DNA from: a virus | Virus record (IMG/VR): IMGVR_UViG_3300037468_000493 | Span: 15,754-79,753 of that record | DNA length: 64,000 nucleotides | Direction: 5' to 3' (one strand) | Part shown: piece by piece, positions 1 to 9,623 of the stretch | Layout of the letters: each line of letters opens with the position of its first letter | Numbering within the stretch: position 1 is the first letter of the stretch | Notes under the pieces: model-generated | The model's database searches: none | What the model was told of the DNA's origin: nothing | Seen by the model: the letters and a program-made list of their open reading frames with translations, nothing else | Made by a program: the position numbers and the translations under genes

Positions 1-2
1 GG

Positions 3-284
3 CTTGATCGTCAGGGATTCTTGCCCATTAATGAAGACTTGACGCTGCAAGATGATGAACCCGGAACGATTGATGAATGCCGGAATATTGTTGCCCGGTT
101 TGATTCAGCAGTAAAGCTCCGCGCTATTTGGGGGGGCTCCAGGGCTGCTTGGTGCTATGAGGTTTGTGTAGAGCATCGAACCTTTGACATCAAAGAAGAC
201 TCTAGCGACTACAATACCCCGGCGAATAATGTTTGGTGCCGGGGTATTGTGTTCTTGTTGCCTGAAACACCTGTAACAGCGTGA
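3..284 (+). CDS. 3' part of a phage hypothetical protein, truncated by the window start
   Basis: Frame is open from position 3; the C-terminal HRTFDIKED...WCRGIVF resembles a phage hypothetical family (recalled, not searched). Confidence 0.55.
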   Translation, partial: LDRQGFLPINEDLTLQDDEPGTIDECRNIVARFDSAVKLRAIWGGSRAAWCYEVCVEHRTFDIKEDSSDYNTPANNVWCRGIVFLLPETPVTA

Positions 285-530
285 CACTCGTGGCGCTCCC
301 TTGCGCGAATCTCCTAGGCCCCCAGCACCATTGCAGGCTTCATGCCTCGTGTGCTGGGGGTTTTGTTTTGGGCTAAGGTTTCTTCGGCGACGGCATAACA
401 CGGCTCATAAACTCCTGCACCTGGGGCCAGCTATACCCTTTATCAAGCAACGCCTTGGCCGCTTCCTCATGGGTAATGTGCGCTCGGGGGAATGGGTTAA
501 GAGGTATTTCAGGCATAAAAAACGGCCACA

Positions 531-980
531 CTATGCCACCTTGACTGACTCCGCCCCAGCATAGCCTTGCTTGGCAACGACGAAATAGCCGTCGTAGTCG
601 CCGCCCAGTAATGCCCTGTAAAACTCAGCCGATGCCGCTGGCCGAATAGCCCAGGCATAGCCCAGCCGCACTGCATCAGCCGTTCCCAGCAGGGTTGCTA
701 GGTTTGCTGCCGATAGTTGCATCGTTACGTCTGTCGCGGTAGCTGTGTTGAGCCCCCGAGCAAGGCCACTGCCCACTGATAGGGTCAGGGCTGGGGTAGC
801 GCTGGCGGGAGTGCCTTTTTTATCCTGGGCAAAGATCCGCAGCTCAATGGCCGCGTCGGTGTAGACCGTGGGGGTATAGGATCCGCTGGCAACGTCGCTG
901 GCATTGCGCGTGAATGTGTAGCGCATTGGGGCCGAGGCCGCGCCAAGTAGAATTGTTGCCCCGTTCAGTGGATCAGTCAT
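531..980 (-). CDS. Virion-associated hypothetical protein
   Basis: 149 aa, Ala/Thr-rich, 4-bp overlap with upstream gene, end of tail-fibre operon. Confidence 0.6.
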   Translation of the reverse strand: MTDPLNGATILLGAASAPMRYTFTRNASDVASGSYTPTVYTDAAIELRIFAQDKKGTPASATPALTLSVGSGLARGLNTATATDVTMQLSAANLATLLGTADAVRLGYAWAIRPAASAEFYRALLGGDYDGYFVVAKQGYAGAESVKVA

Positions 981-1261
981 ACGCAGCTCCCAGAATCTAC
1001 GCCAATTGTAGCCGCCAACTCTTGTACCGATACCCCAGCAACTAGGGCCACGACAGCAATCGCTGCCCCCAGGTCCTCCACCCTGATCGCCGCTGCCAAT
1101 GCTGCTGACGATAGCGAGGGGGCCAGTGATGCCGCCGCGATAGTTGCACCCAGTGCCGCGATGGTGACGCAGGGCAAGAACCGGAGGATAAAGAATACTG
1201 CCCGAGGGTTAAGCCCGAGGGGGTAGAGGTTGTTTTGCAACCCTAGGGGGTAAAGACTCAT
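977..1261 (-). CDS. Hypothetical protein
   Basis: 94 aa; ATGA overlaps on both sides; LYPLGL repeated twice. Confidence 0.55.
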   Translation of the reverse strand: MSLYPLGLQNNLYPLGLNPRAVFFILRFLPCVTIAALGATIAAASLAPSLSSAALAAAIRVEDLGAAIAVVALVAGVSVQELAATIGVDSGSCV

Positions 1262-4200
1262 CGCGGCACCCTTTCTACTGCGGTTGCCCCAGTCGTTGCA
1301 GGATCGCCGTCGGCATCTACCAGATCAAATACCGTCCTCACGCTACCGTCAGCATTGTATTGGGTGGCGGTGCTGGCTGCGTAGTTGATTTTGTGGCGGC
1401 CAGAGGCTACTGCCCTAGCGGCTGCCTCTGCGGCGATTAGCGCATTGTGGCGATCGGTCGTGAAGCCCGCCGCCTGCACCTGGGCCAGGGTCGCCGCCGA
1501 GGTAATGGCCGTGGCCTGTGCTCCGCTGAGAGTGCGATCGCCTCCCGAGTACACCCAGACCTGAGCCGCTGTCAATGTGCTTAGCCCACTGGTTGCGGCT
1601 GTAATTGCCGCTTCCACAGCGCTTTGATCGGCTGGATCGCTGGGTAGGGTGTCCGTCTTGGCCTTGATCAATGCAATGTCGCCATTCGCCGGGGCTGTGT
1701 AACCTGCGGTGGCTAACCTGCTGCTGATGGCGGCATCAATCCGCCCGGTGACCGTTGGGGTCAAGCCTACGTCAGCCAGGGCCGTATCAACTTCGGCGTT
1801 GACCTGGGCCGTGCTGAGGTTATTGAGCCCTGCGATCGCCGTTGTGACCGTCCCAACATCGCTGGTTAGCTCTGCCCGTGTCGGAGGGTCGTAGGCCGTC
1901 AGGGCCGCTGCTGCCGCCGCCTGGGTAGCTGTAGAGTCGAGGGGCGGTGTGGTGAGGCTATAGCCGGTTTTGTCGTTATTCGTGCCCACTGTCACGGCTC
2001 CGCTCGTGATGGTCAAGGCTGAGCCGATCCGAGACAGTAGGGTGGTCACTCCGCTGGAGTCTGCGATCGCTGTCAATGTGCGAGTAGCCGCAGTCCACAC
2101 AGCGTCGAATGCCCCCGCCGCAAACTTAGCGCTGGTGAATGCTCCATCCTGAATCTTGGCAGGGGTGATCGCCCCGTCTGAAAGGCTATAGCCAGTTTTG
2201 TTGGTGACGGTGCCTACGGTTGTCACGTTGGCTACTGTGTCGGTAGCCGGGTCAAAGTAATCGGCAGCGGCCAGTGTTCGTGCTGTAATTTGAGCCGGGA
2301 TTGTGGCGTCGGTATCTACCAGGATGGCATCAACTACGGTGTCGATCGCCCCTAGTTGAGTATCCAGATTGGCGCTGCCCAGACCCACTGCCGACCGTGT
2401 CCCCGCTGCGTCAAGGGGATTGTTTCGGGCCACTAGGGTGTCGAGGTCTGCATCCACACTGCCCGCAGAGGGTGAGCCTGCCGTTGGGGCCAGCTTGAGC
2501 GCATCGCGTACCTGTTGAGCCGTTAGCCCACCGCCCGAGGGTGCATTGACGAGGGCCGCTGTGCTAAATACTCCAGCCGTTTGCAATGTCGCAGCTAGAT
2601 CAGCTAGGTCTTCAGCCTCGCCCGCCGTCAATCCACTGGTGCCTGATTCAAATGTCAGTAGAGTGCCTAAGCTGAGCGCATTTGGGTTAATGCCACCGGT
2701 GCCGGGTTCGCCGGGGGCTACCAGGCTGCTCCCATCAGCGCTGGTGGCATTGCCCCCTACAATATTCAGCCGGGTTGAGCTAGTGTTGTCAATCTCAAAA
2801 TTGGCAAACACAAAGTTATTTGCGGTAATAGCGACTGATGTATCGGCATTAATTAGTCGAATCCCTGGGGCCGTTGAGGATACCCACACGCCCCAAATAT
2901 AAATATCCTGCCATAGGCTTAGGCCGTCGGCATCAGAGGCGTTCACCTGAACTCTACCGCCGCCACCCTCTAGACCAAAACTGTAGGGGCCACTATTAGA
3001 CGCATCAAGGGTACTGCCATCGTTAGCAGCAGTTAGCTCCGTGACCACCGTACCGCTAGCGTTTTTGATCCGCCCCCCGATTTGCACGGAAGTTGAAGCA
3101 ACAATATCTTCATGCACCTCATTTAATTCAATGGCCGGATTTACCACCACAGGATCATTAATCCCTGCCGTTGTGCTCCACAAAAATTCTTGGATATATA
3201 GCGGGGTAGCTGTGGCAACCCCAGCACTACTAGCCCAGTAAATCGCCTTGCGAACAACCCTGTCTCCATTGGCCAGAGTTAAGGCAACACTGGCCCCGCT
3301 ACCGCCACTAATCGTTGTATTAGTTAGTTGAGTTTCAGCGATCAATGTAAATATTGAGCCGCTGGCGTTTGTGCCTGCTGTGGATATTGTGATAGGTGTT
3401 CCAGCAATATCCGATTCCTTCACAAACAGCGTGATAGCCCCACTAGAAATGGTGGCATAGTAGCGCCCACCATCGACTATCTGCGGGCTAGTCGTGGGCA
3501 AAGTTGCCCCTGCTGTAGCTTGGATTTTGGCGTTTGTATAGGGGCTACCCGTAGCAAATGCTGGGGGCTGGCTGTTGCTGTCGTTGCCTAGGGTAATAGT
3601 GTCTGGGCCAGTGTTGATGGCGCTGCTAGCGACCAGAAAAGATTGCTGGTGGGCTAGATATAGGCGAGTGCCATTGACTAGGCTGGCGGCGGTGTAGGCA
3701 ACAACTGGCTCCTGAATCGTCACGCCCGCCCCTGCCGTGATGTTTGCCGCAGAACCGAGCGGAACTAACACGGTTGCCGTCCCACTTGTCACGTTGATCG
3801 TAGTTGTTGCCGCAAAGGTGCAATTTCTTAAATCTAAATTGGCCCCACTGCGATCTGCATTAGGGAATACTTCTAAAGTTGAGCCATTCTGGAAAAAGAA
3901 ATCTATTGTATAGGTCGCCTTTTTGCCTAGGCGAACGGTGGCCCCAGAGGCCACGGTAATGCCACTTGAGTTGGTGATATCTGCCGTGGCGGTCGTCAAC
4001 CGTAGAGCTGATCCACTGCCAATAGTGCCCGAGTCGTCAAAGTCAAATGTGTAGTTGAAAGCTAAAGTGAATGCAACCGGAGATACGCCCGCAGAGAAGT
4101 TGAAGTAATCCAGCGACGAGGTTAATTCCGCTAGGTTTGCAGCGGTGATTAGCCTAATTGAAAGTGATACGGCTACGTTATTTAGATTATTGGGCAATAG

Positions 4201-5412
4201 CTGAGCCCCGGCAACATCAGTAATCTGAAAGAGGCTAACTCTAGCTGAGCTAACATCTGCCGTTGCAATCCACAGTATCCCATCTGTCGCTTGGAACTGA
4301 AATATTGACTGAGGGCCATTCCCAACGTTTTTTGTTATTAGCGTATTCGCTGTAATTGTGGCTTGGGACTGGACAATTCCGTCAGTCCCCGCAATTTGAA
4401 ATAGACTGACTCTATTTGAACCATTATCGGCTGTCGCAATCCACCGGGTTCCATCTGTACCTTGAAGCTGAACGACTGAATAAGGGTTAGTCCCAACGGG
4501 TTTGGTTATTAAAGTATTCGCTGTAATTGTGGCTTGGGACTGGACAATTCCGTCAGTCCCCGCAATCTGGAATAAACTGACTCTACTTGAAGTAAAATCG
4601 GCTGTTGCAATCCACCGGGTTCCATTTGTCGCTTGGAACTGAACGACTGAAAAAGGGTTAGTCCCAACGGTTTTTGTTATTAAAGTATTAGACGTAATTG
4701 TGGCTTGGGACTGGACAATGCCATCAACGCCCGCAATTTGAAATAGACTGACTCTATTTGAACTAAAATCGGCTGTTGCAATCCACCGGGTTCCATTTGT
4801 CGCTTGGAACTGAACGACTGAAAAAGGCGTAGCCCCGACGGTTTTTGTTATTAGCGTATTCGCTGTAATTGTGGCTTGGTCATCAACAATGCCATCAACG
4901 CCCGCAATCTGAAAGAGGCTAACTCTAGCTGAACTACTATCTGCTGTTGCAATCCACCGGGTTCCATCTGTACCTTGGAACTGAAATACTGAACGAGGCG
5001 AATTCCCAACGGTTTTGGTTATTAAAGTATTAGACGTAATTGTGGCTTGGTCATCAACAATGCCATCAACGCCCGCAATCTGGAATAAACTGACTCTACT
5101 TGAACTACTATCTGCCGTTGCAATCCACCGGGTTCCATCTGTCGCTTGGAACTGAAATACTGAGTAAGGGTTAGTCCCGACGGTTTTGGTTATCCGCGTA
5201 TTAGACGTAATTGTTGCTTGGTCATCAACAATGCCATCAACGCCCGCAATCTGGAATAAACTAACTTGATTTGAAAAAAAATCGGCTGTTGCAATCCACA
5301 GGGCTCCATCAGTCGTTTGGAACTGAACGACTGACTGAGGGTTAGTCCCAACGGTCTTAATCCTCATGGGACGCAGATCCAGATCCAGCGCAAAGCGATA
5401 GTTAACCGCCAT
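1258..5412 (-). CDS. Large tail fibre / receptor-binding protein with N-terminal 7-repeat beta-propeller-like domain
   Basis: 1384 aa; seven 57-aa repeats, then Ala/Thr/Gly-rich fibre-like sequence; located in tail region. Confidence 0.7.
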   Translation of the reverse strand: MAVNYRFALDLDLRPMRIKTVGTNPQSVVQFQTTDGALWIATADFFSNQVSLFQIAGVDGIVDDQATITSNTRITKTVGTNPYSVFQFQATDGTRWIATADSSSSRVSLFQIAGVDGIVDDQATITSNTLITKTVGNSPRSVFQFQGTDGTRWIATADSSSARVSLFQIAGVDGIVDDQATITANTLITKTVGATPFSVVQFQATNGTRWIATADFSSNRVSLFQIAGVDGIVQSQATITSNTLITKTVGTNPFSVVQFQATNGTRWIATADFTSSRVSLFQIAGTDGIVQSQATITANTLITKPVGTNPYSVVQLQGTDGTRWIATADNGSNRVSLFQIAGTDGIVQSQATITANTLITKNVGNGPQSIFQFQATDGILWIATADVSSARVSLFQITDVAGAQLLPNNLNNVAVSLSIRLITAANLAELTSSLDYFNFSAGVSPVAFTLAFNYTFDFDDSGTIGSGSALRLTTATADITNSSGITVASGATVRLGKKATYTIDFFFQNGSTLEVFPNADRSGANLDLRNCTFAATTTINVTSGTATVLVPLGSAANITAGAGVTIQEPVVAYTAASLVNGTRLYLAHQQSFLVASSAINTGPDTITLGNDSNSQPPAFATGSPYTNAKIQATAGATLPTTSPQIVDGGRYYATISSGAITLFVKESDIAGTPITISTAGTNASGSIFTLIAETQLTNTTISGGSGASVALTLANGDRVVRKAIYWASSAGVATATPLYIQEFLWSTTAGINDPVVVNPAIELNEVHEDIVASTSVQIGGRIKNASGTVVTELTAANDGSTLDASNSGPYSFGLEGGGGRVQVNASDADGLSLWQDIYIWGVWVSSTAPGIRLINADTSVAITANNFVFANFEIDNTSSTRLNIVGGNATSADGSSLVAPGEPGTGGINPNALSLGTLLTFESGTSGLTAGEAEDLADLAATLQTAGVFSTAALVNAPSGGGLTAQQVRDALKLAPTAGSPSAGSVDADLDTLVARNNPLDAAGTRSAVGLGSANLDTQLGAIDTVVDAILVDTDATIPAQITARTLAAADYFDPATDTVANVTTVGTVTNKTGYSLSDGAITPAKIQDGAFTSAKFAAGAFDAVWTAATRTLTAIADSSGVTTLLSRIGSALTITSGAVTVGTNNDKTGYSLTTPPLDSTATQAAAAAALTAYDPPTRAELTSDVGTVTTAIAGLNNLSTAQVNAEVDTALADVGLTPTVTGRIDAAISSRLATAGYTAPANGDIALIKAKTDTLPSDPADQSAVEAAITAATSGLSTLTAAQVWVYSGGDRTLSGAQATAITSAATLAQVQAAGFTTDRHNALIAAEAAARAVASGRHKINYAASTATQYNADGSVRTVFDLVDADGDPATTGATAVERVPR
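4222..5358 (-). repeat. Tandem 171-bp (57-aa) repeat, 7 units, last one partial
   Basis: Unit KTVGxxPxSVxQFQATDGTRWIATADxxSxRVSLFQIAG...; TCCACC at 4440 and 4611 gives the 171-bp period. Confidence 0.95.
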
Positions 5413-5550
5413 CTACCGCGCCCTCCCCAGCCATTGCACCGCCCGATCGCGCCATGCCCCAGCAACCCGCGCCAGGTGCCACCGCCAGCCAGTGTGGCGG
5501 AGTGTGTGGGCCTTTTCGTCGGGGGTGGGTCGGCCTGGGGTATAGCTCAT
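5413..5550 (-). CDS. 45-aa ORF (MSYTPGRPTP...) directly upstream of the fibre gene
   Basis: ATG follows the putative late promoter; its TAG abuts the fibre ATG in the same frame. Confidence 0.5.
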   Translation of the reverse strand: MSYTPGRPTPDEKAHTLRHTGWRWHLARVAGAWRDRAVQWLGRAR

Positions 5551-5625
5551 GTCCCTAGGCTATGGTGGCCCAGCCCATAGCCTAGTAAATTCGGCTCTTT
5601 TGGCAGGCAGATTTAGCAAATAATC
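5548..5625 (-). promoter_or_regulatory. Putative late promoter, copy A
   Basis: GATTATTTGCTAAATCTGCCTGCCAAAAGAGC...CCATAGCCTAGGGAC-ATG; same motif and same 78-bp span at 17263-17340. Confidence 0.65.
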
Positions 5626-5730
5626 AGCGCTTGTCAGGAGTGGTGAGCATGGGGTATAGCTCATGGCATTACCGCGCTATCCCCTGGCCTAGCCCATGGT
5701 AAATTTATTGAAACGTGGTATGGAGCGAGC

Positions 5731-6024
5731 ATGGACATTAACCTAGCCATCTATGGCGGTGCAGTCTGCACGGGAGCCCTGGCGGCAGTGACCGCGCAAT
5801 GGGTCTACAACGAATGGTTGTGGCGGCTCGATCGCAGTACAGTGATGACGCCCAGCATCAAAGACCCCCTGGCCCAAATGGCCGCGCTCAATACTTTGCT
5901 GGAGGCGATCCGAGATGAGGATGCGCGGGAGGCTGGGCCTGTGCGTCAACCACCGATGCCCTATCCAGACCTGGATGAGTGGGGAGTGATGCAGGACTAC
6001 GAGGGGGAGGAGGGGCTTAGTTAG
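5731..6024 (+). CDS. Small protein with N-terminal hydrophobic segment
   Basis: 97 aa; GGAG RBS upstream. Confidence 0.55.
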   Translation: MDINLAIYGGAVCTGALAAVTAQWVYNEWLWRLDRSTVMTPSIKDPLAQMAALNTLLEAIRDEDAREAGPVRQPPMPYPDLDEWGVMQDYEGEEGLS

Positions 6025-6053
6025 GGTAGGTAGGTGATGCCCTCAATGGTGCT

Positions 6054-7577
6054 TTAACCAAAGCTAGGCGGAAGAATTAGAGGGATAGACATCAGTATCT
6101 CGGTTGTCGCTGGAGCCGATGCAACACCAGCAGCGGGCAGCGCTACTTCAACGCTGAAGCTATCAATCGCGCCGCCAATGACGCAATTAAATCCCCGATA
6201 GACGTACACATTATAGATGTCATTAAACTCGCTGTTGGCCGCCGTTACCGTTACCGTCCCTGTTACCGGCTCAGATCCCAGCAGCGGCCCAGAGAAGCTG
6301 ATTACAGCCTTAAATCCATTGCCAATTAGTATTCTATCCACTAGCAACGAACCACCAACACAGGCGTTTAATGTGCCTGTGACATTCGTTTCTGTACTTA
6401 CTTGAGTGAAGGTTCGTAATAGGTGGGTCAGCGGGTATCGCCAATCTGGGTAGGCATCGTTTTGATGCACTTTGAAAAAGGGTGAAGAGTTCAAGCCTGA
6501 TGATAGTGGTATCTCAATGTTATTGCCAAGAGAACTCCCGCTCGACAATGGTGAAACCGGGACAGAGGAAATATTGCCTCCAGCATTTAACTGTATGTAT
6601 TCGTAGTCGGTAAAAATCTGAGTTTCTACGTTATAGGCGTGTTTAATGAAAAAGAAAACGTTCCTTTCGTGTCCTGAAATGTAGGCATTTGCAAATTCAG
6701 GGCGATACATTCCAGGCTCAGTTTCAGGATCTGGAATGTTCGCAGAGCCATCGTGGGCGAGTGCCCATGACTTGGATTGAGGAGGTGCGATACCCTTCAC
6801 AGCAAAGCGATTCATAAAACCGCCACCCTTCACGTAATACATTTGCCCAGCAGGAATCGCGGCAGGCACTGGATCAGCATAGGGCACTACTGCATACATC
6901 AAATGTATTCTCGCAGAACTGCGCCGAACGTAAACTCTACGGGTGCCATCGTAGCGGGCTCTGTATAAATCAGATTTCACGTAACCTTTAGCGGCCACTT
7001 CAGGCGGTATGTTCCCCTGATCCCATTCAAACTGAGATATTGTGTAGCCAGTGTACTCATAGACTTCATCAATGCTGACGACCGTTCGCCTGCTAGTTCC
7101 ACTGGATGGGATCGGGGTATCATTCCCAAAAGTTTCCCCCTGTAATGGAGCAAAAACAAGATGAGCAGTACGACCTGAAGCAATTTTCCCCTCCGTAAAA
7201 AACTGGCCAGTAAATTCTGACACTAGAGGAATCGCTGGTGTTGGGAATAGGCGAATCCCCCATGTAAATGATTGATTGTCCGACAGTGTAGGGTAAATGT
7301 CATCAAAAGGATTAATTAAAGTTGTATCAAAATAGCCCTCTTCACCAGGGGTCTTGAATGTATAGTTTATATCTGCGGCCCAAATTATTAACTTGAAACC
7401 TGGAGGGATTTGGTCAGGTGGAGCAGGATCAAAGTATCTGGCAGGGAGCGTGTAAACAAGTTTGTCGTAGCCGTTGCTGACTACCCAAAATTCGGATCGA
7501 TCTTCGTATTCTGAACGGTACAAGATAGCCGCCACCCCGGCCCCACCCCCATACCAAATAAAACTGCCTAGCCCCAT
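6054..7577 (-). CDS. Putative tail protein
   Basis: ~507 aa, lower GC than neighbours, coupled to upstream gene. Confidence 0.6.
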   Translation of the reverse strand: MGLGSFIWYGGGAGVAAILYRSEYEDRSEFWVVSNGYDKLVYTLPARYFDPAPPDQIPPGFKLIIWAADINYTFKTPGEEGYFDTTLINPFDDIYPTLSDNQSFTWGIRLFPTPAIPLVSEFTGQFFTEGKIASGRTAHLVFAPLQGETFGNDTPIPSSGTSRRTVVSIDEVYEYTGYTISQFEWDQGNIPPEVAAKGYVKSDLYRARYDGTRRVYVRRSSARIHLMYAVVPYADPVPAAIPAGQMYYVKGGGFMNRFAVKGIAPPQSKSWALAHDGSANIPDPETEPGMYRPEFANAYISGHERNVFFFIKHAYNVETQIFTDYEYIQLNAGGNISSVPVSPLSSGSSLGNNIEIPLSSGLNSSPFFKVHQNDAYPDWRYPLTHLLRTFTQVSTETNVTGTLNACVGGSLLVDRILIGNGFKAVISFSGPLLGSEPVTGTVTVTAANSEFNDIYNVYVYRGFNCVIGGAIDSFSVEVALPAAGVASAPATTEILMSIPLILPPSFG

Positions 7578-8137
7578 CACCCACCCCTGACCACGACCGT
7601 GGCGTAATAGATCCCCGTCCCTACGTCATCGACCCGGACTCCTACAAAGTCAGCAGGCTCAATCACCGTCACCCCGAGAGTCACAGCATTACCATTCACT
7701 AAAAGCGTCCCGGTGCCTGCTGTGGCGGCCTCTCCCGTCTCTGTGCGGTTTGAGATAGTGAAGCTCACGGCCACATACTGAGCTTCGGCCCGAGGGATGA
7801 TGCCGTAAACATTGTTGACCACTGGCCCCGGTATGCCGATCGCCCGTTCGGTGGTCTCCGCTGCAATATCAGGCAACCGCCCTTGGATAGGTGGCACAGA
7901 CGCGATCGTGATAATGCCGATTGGGTTACCGGGGATAAACGCAACCGCCGCATCCAGCCGAGGTTGAGAATCTCCAATCACCCGGCCCTGCGCTCGTCGG
8001 CCCTGGGGGTCTTCCACGTTGCCGACCTGGCCCTCTTGCCCCTTGACCCAGCCCTTCCAATACCAAACAGCACCCTCGGGCTTTAGCGGGGCGATTCGTT
8101 GGGCGGCGGCGGTGTTGTACTGGCTAGGGGAGGGCAT
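7577..8137 (-). CDS. Putative tail protein
   Basis: 186 aa, tightly packed in tail operon. Confidence 0.6.
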   Translation of the reverse strand: MPSPSQYNTAAAQRIAPLKPEGAVWYWKGWVKGQEGQVGNVEDPQGRRAQGRVIGDSQPRLDAAVAFIPGNPIGIITIASVPPIQGRLPDIAAETTERAIGIPGPVVNNVYGIIPRAEAQYVAVSFTISNRTETGEAATAGTGTLLVNGNAVTLGVTVIEPADFVGVRVDDVGTGIYYATVVVRGG

Positions 8138-8139
8138 AG

Positions 8140-8919
8140 CTAGGCGGCAGGGTCATCGGCGGCATAGAGCGGATAGTTGAGCTGCCCGGTAGCGCTGGCA
8201 GCAACGATGGTCTGGGTTGAATCAAACCTAAAAAACTGGGCCACGGTGCCTGTGGTGTTCCCCGGCGTGGCACTGCCCCCCCTGATGATGGCACAGCCGC
8301 TATAGGTGATGTTGGCCCCATTGGTATTATCGAGCAGAATAGGCACCGTCAGAACGGCATAGTGCGATCGAGTAGCCAGGGCCGCGTCTGGCTCTACCAG
8401 GATAGAGGGGCTGGCGGGGCTAACGGTGGGCCGATTGCTGGTACTGCCTGCGGTGGTAGGGTAGGCCGCGATTTCGTAGCGCTCCAGGTTTGCCACGCTT
8501 AAGAATAGGTTGTACTGGCTCCCGGTGATGATTGCGCCGGGGGTGACCTCGACGGCGGTGTGGGTGCCACTACCCTGGGTGGTAAGGTCGATCGCACTAC
8601 CGATCGCCCCCGCTGTGGTCAAGGTCGCCACGGTGATCTGAGTAGTGCTCGCAACGGAGGCCACATAGTAGGCGGTCTCTGCTACCAAGGGGGCCGGGAG
8701 CACCCCGGTGGTTTCAAACCGGAGACAGGTGCCCACGGCATAGTCACTGCTGGGCACCGTGACTACATTGGTGCTGGTGTTGACATCCGTTGTGGCAAAG
8801 GTGCGGCTGGCCCCGGTTGCAGCCATATTCATCAACATTAGGTGAAAGCTATCGCCATTGCTTTTGTAGAGCAGGTTGAGGTGACGGGTTAGCTCGGATA
8901 GGGGTGTGATTGAGGCCAT
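8140..8919 (-). CDS. Putative tail/virion protein
   Basis: 259 aa; beta-rich segment DVNTSTNVVTV...GVLPAPLVAETAYYV similar to a segment of the fibre protein. Confidence 0.6.
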   Translation of the reverse strand: MASITPLSELTRHLNLLYKSNGDSFHLMLMNMAATGASRTFATTDVNTSTNVVTVPSSDYAVGTCLRFETTGVLPAPLVAETAYYVASVASTTQITVATLTTAGAIGSAIDLTTQGSGTHTAVEVTPGAIITGSQYNLFLSVANLERYEIAAYPTTAGSTSNRPTVSPASPSILVEPDAALATRSHYAVLTVPILLDNTNGANITYSGCAIIRGGSATPGNTTGTVAQFFRFDSTQTIVAASATGQLNYPLYAADDPAA

Positions 8920-8951
8920 GGGTTTGCATCCTTTGGTCTATTGTGGCAGAT

Positions 8952-9623
8952 TCATGAGATGACAGGCTCCGGCATCTTAGGATGGGTAATCGCCCAGTCT
9001 CCGGCTTCCAGTGATGGGTTCCACTGGGGCCGCAGTTCAACTTCAGGGAACCCATCTGCGTTTAACCAAGGCAAAGGGCAGTATCCAAGTTTACTCAGGT
9101 GATAGCCAATAACTGAGTCTTCACTTACCTGATCCCCCTTGTAGAAAAAGTTTTGCCTTTCGCTGGATGGCAGTCTCTCTAGGTAGGCTGCAAGGCGGAT
9201 TAGCAGTAATCGAGAAAAAGCCACCCCAGCCCCAGTTGTAGATAGGATACGTGCTTCAGGCTGATAGAACACTTGCCCGATCCAGTCAGTACAGGGGTCA
9301 GGCATGAAGGCTTGGCGGCGAATCTCCGAATCTGGATCGACTTGGATCAAAGTCGGCGCGGTTGTTGCAGATAGCGACTGGGAGAAACCACGAATCAAAT
9401 GGTCTTCGCATCGTCCCGGCAATTTTAAGCGTTCAGGATTGCAGATTGCAGTAATCCCTATCATGGCGTTTAGCTGCGAAACTAGCTCAGTATCAACCGG
9501 GCCATCCGATGTTGCCACAATTCTGGATTCACTGTACCATCTGCGAATCATCCCGACTAGATTCAGGACAAGGTGTTGATCCCCTTCCCAGAAAAAAAAG
9601 AAAAAATCTACTCCTTTACTCAT
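8952..9623 (-). CDS. Putative GT-A-fold glycosyltransferase
   Basis: DxD motif (QVDPDSE), GAGVAFSR and SEDSVIG motifs; overlaps the GT4 gene. Confidence 0.55.
   Translation of the reverse strand: MSKGVDFFFFFWEGDQHLVLNLVGMIRRWYSESRIVATSDGPVDTELVSQLNAMIGITAICNPERLKLPGRCEDHLIRGFSQSLSATTAPTLIQVDPDSEIRRQAFMPDPCTDWIGQVFYQPEARILSTTGAGVAFSRLLLIRLAAYLERLPSSERQNFFYKGDQVSEDSVIGYHLSKLGYCPLPWLNADGFPEVELRPQWNPSLEAGDWAITHPKMPEPVIS

Noticed and set aside
4222-5358. Complete diversity-generating retroelement
   Set aside because: No reverse transcriptase, Avd or template repeat recognised in the window
9592-9606. A8-G-A6 tract in the GT gene as a phase-variation switch
   Set aside because: Frame is intact, the tract is short, and it is explained by a run of Phe codons
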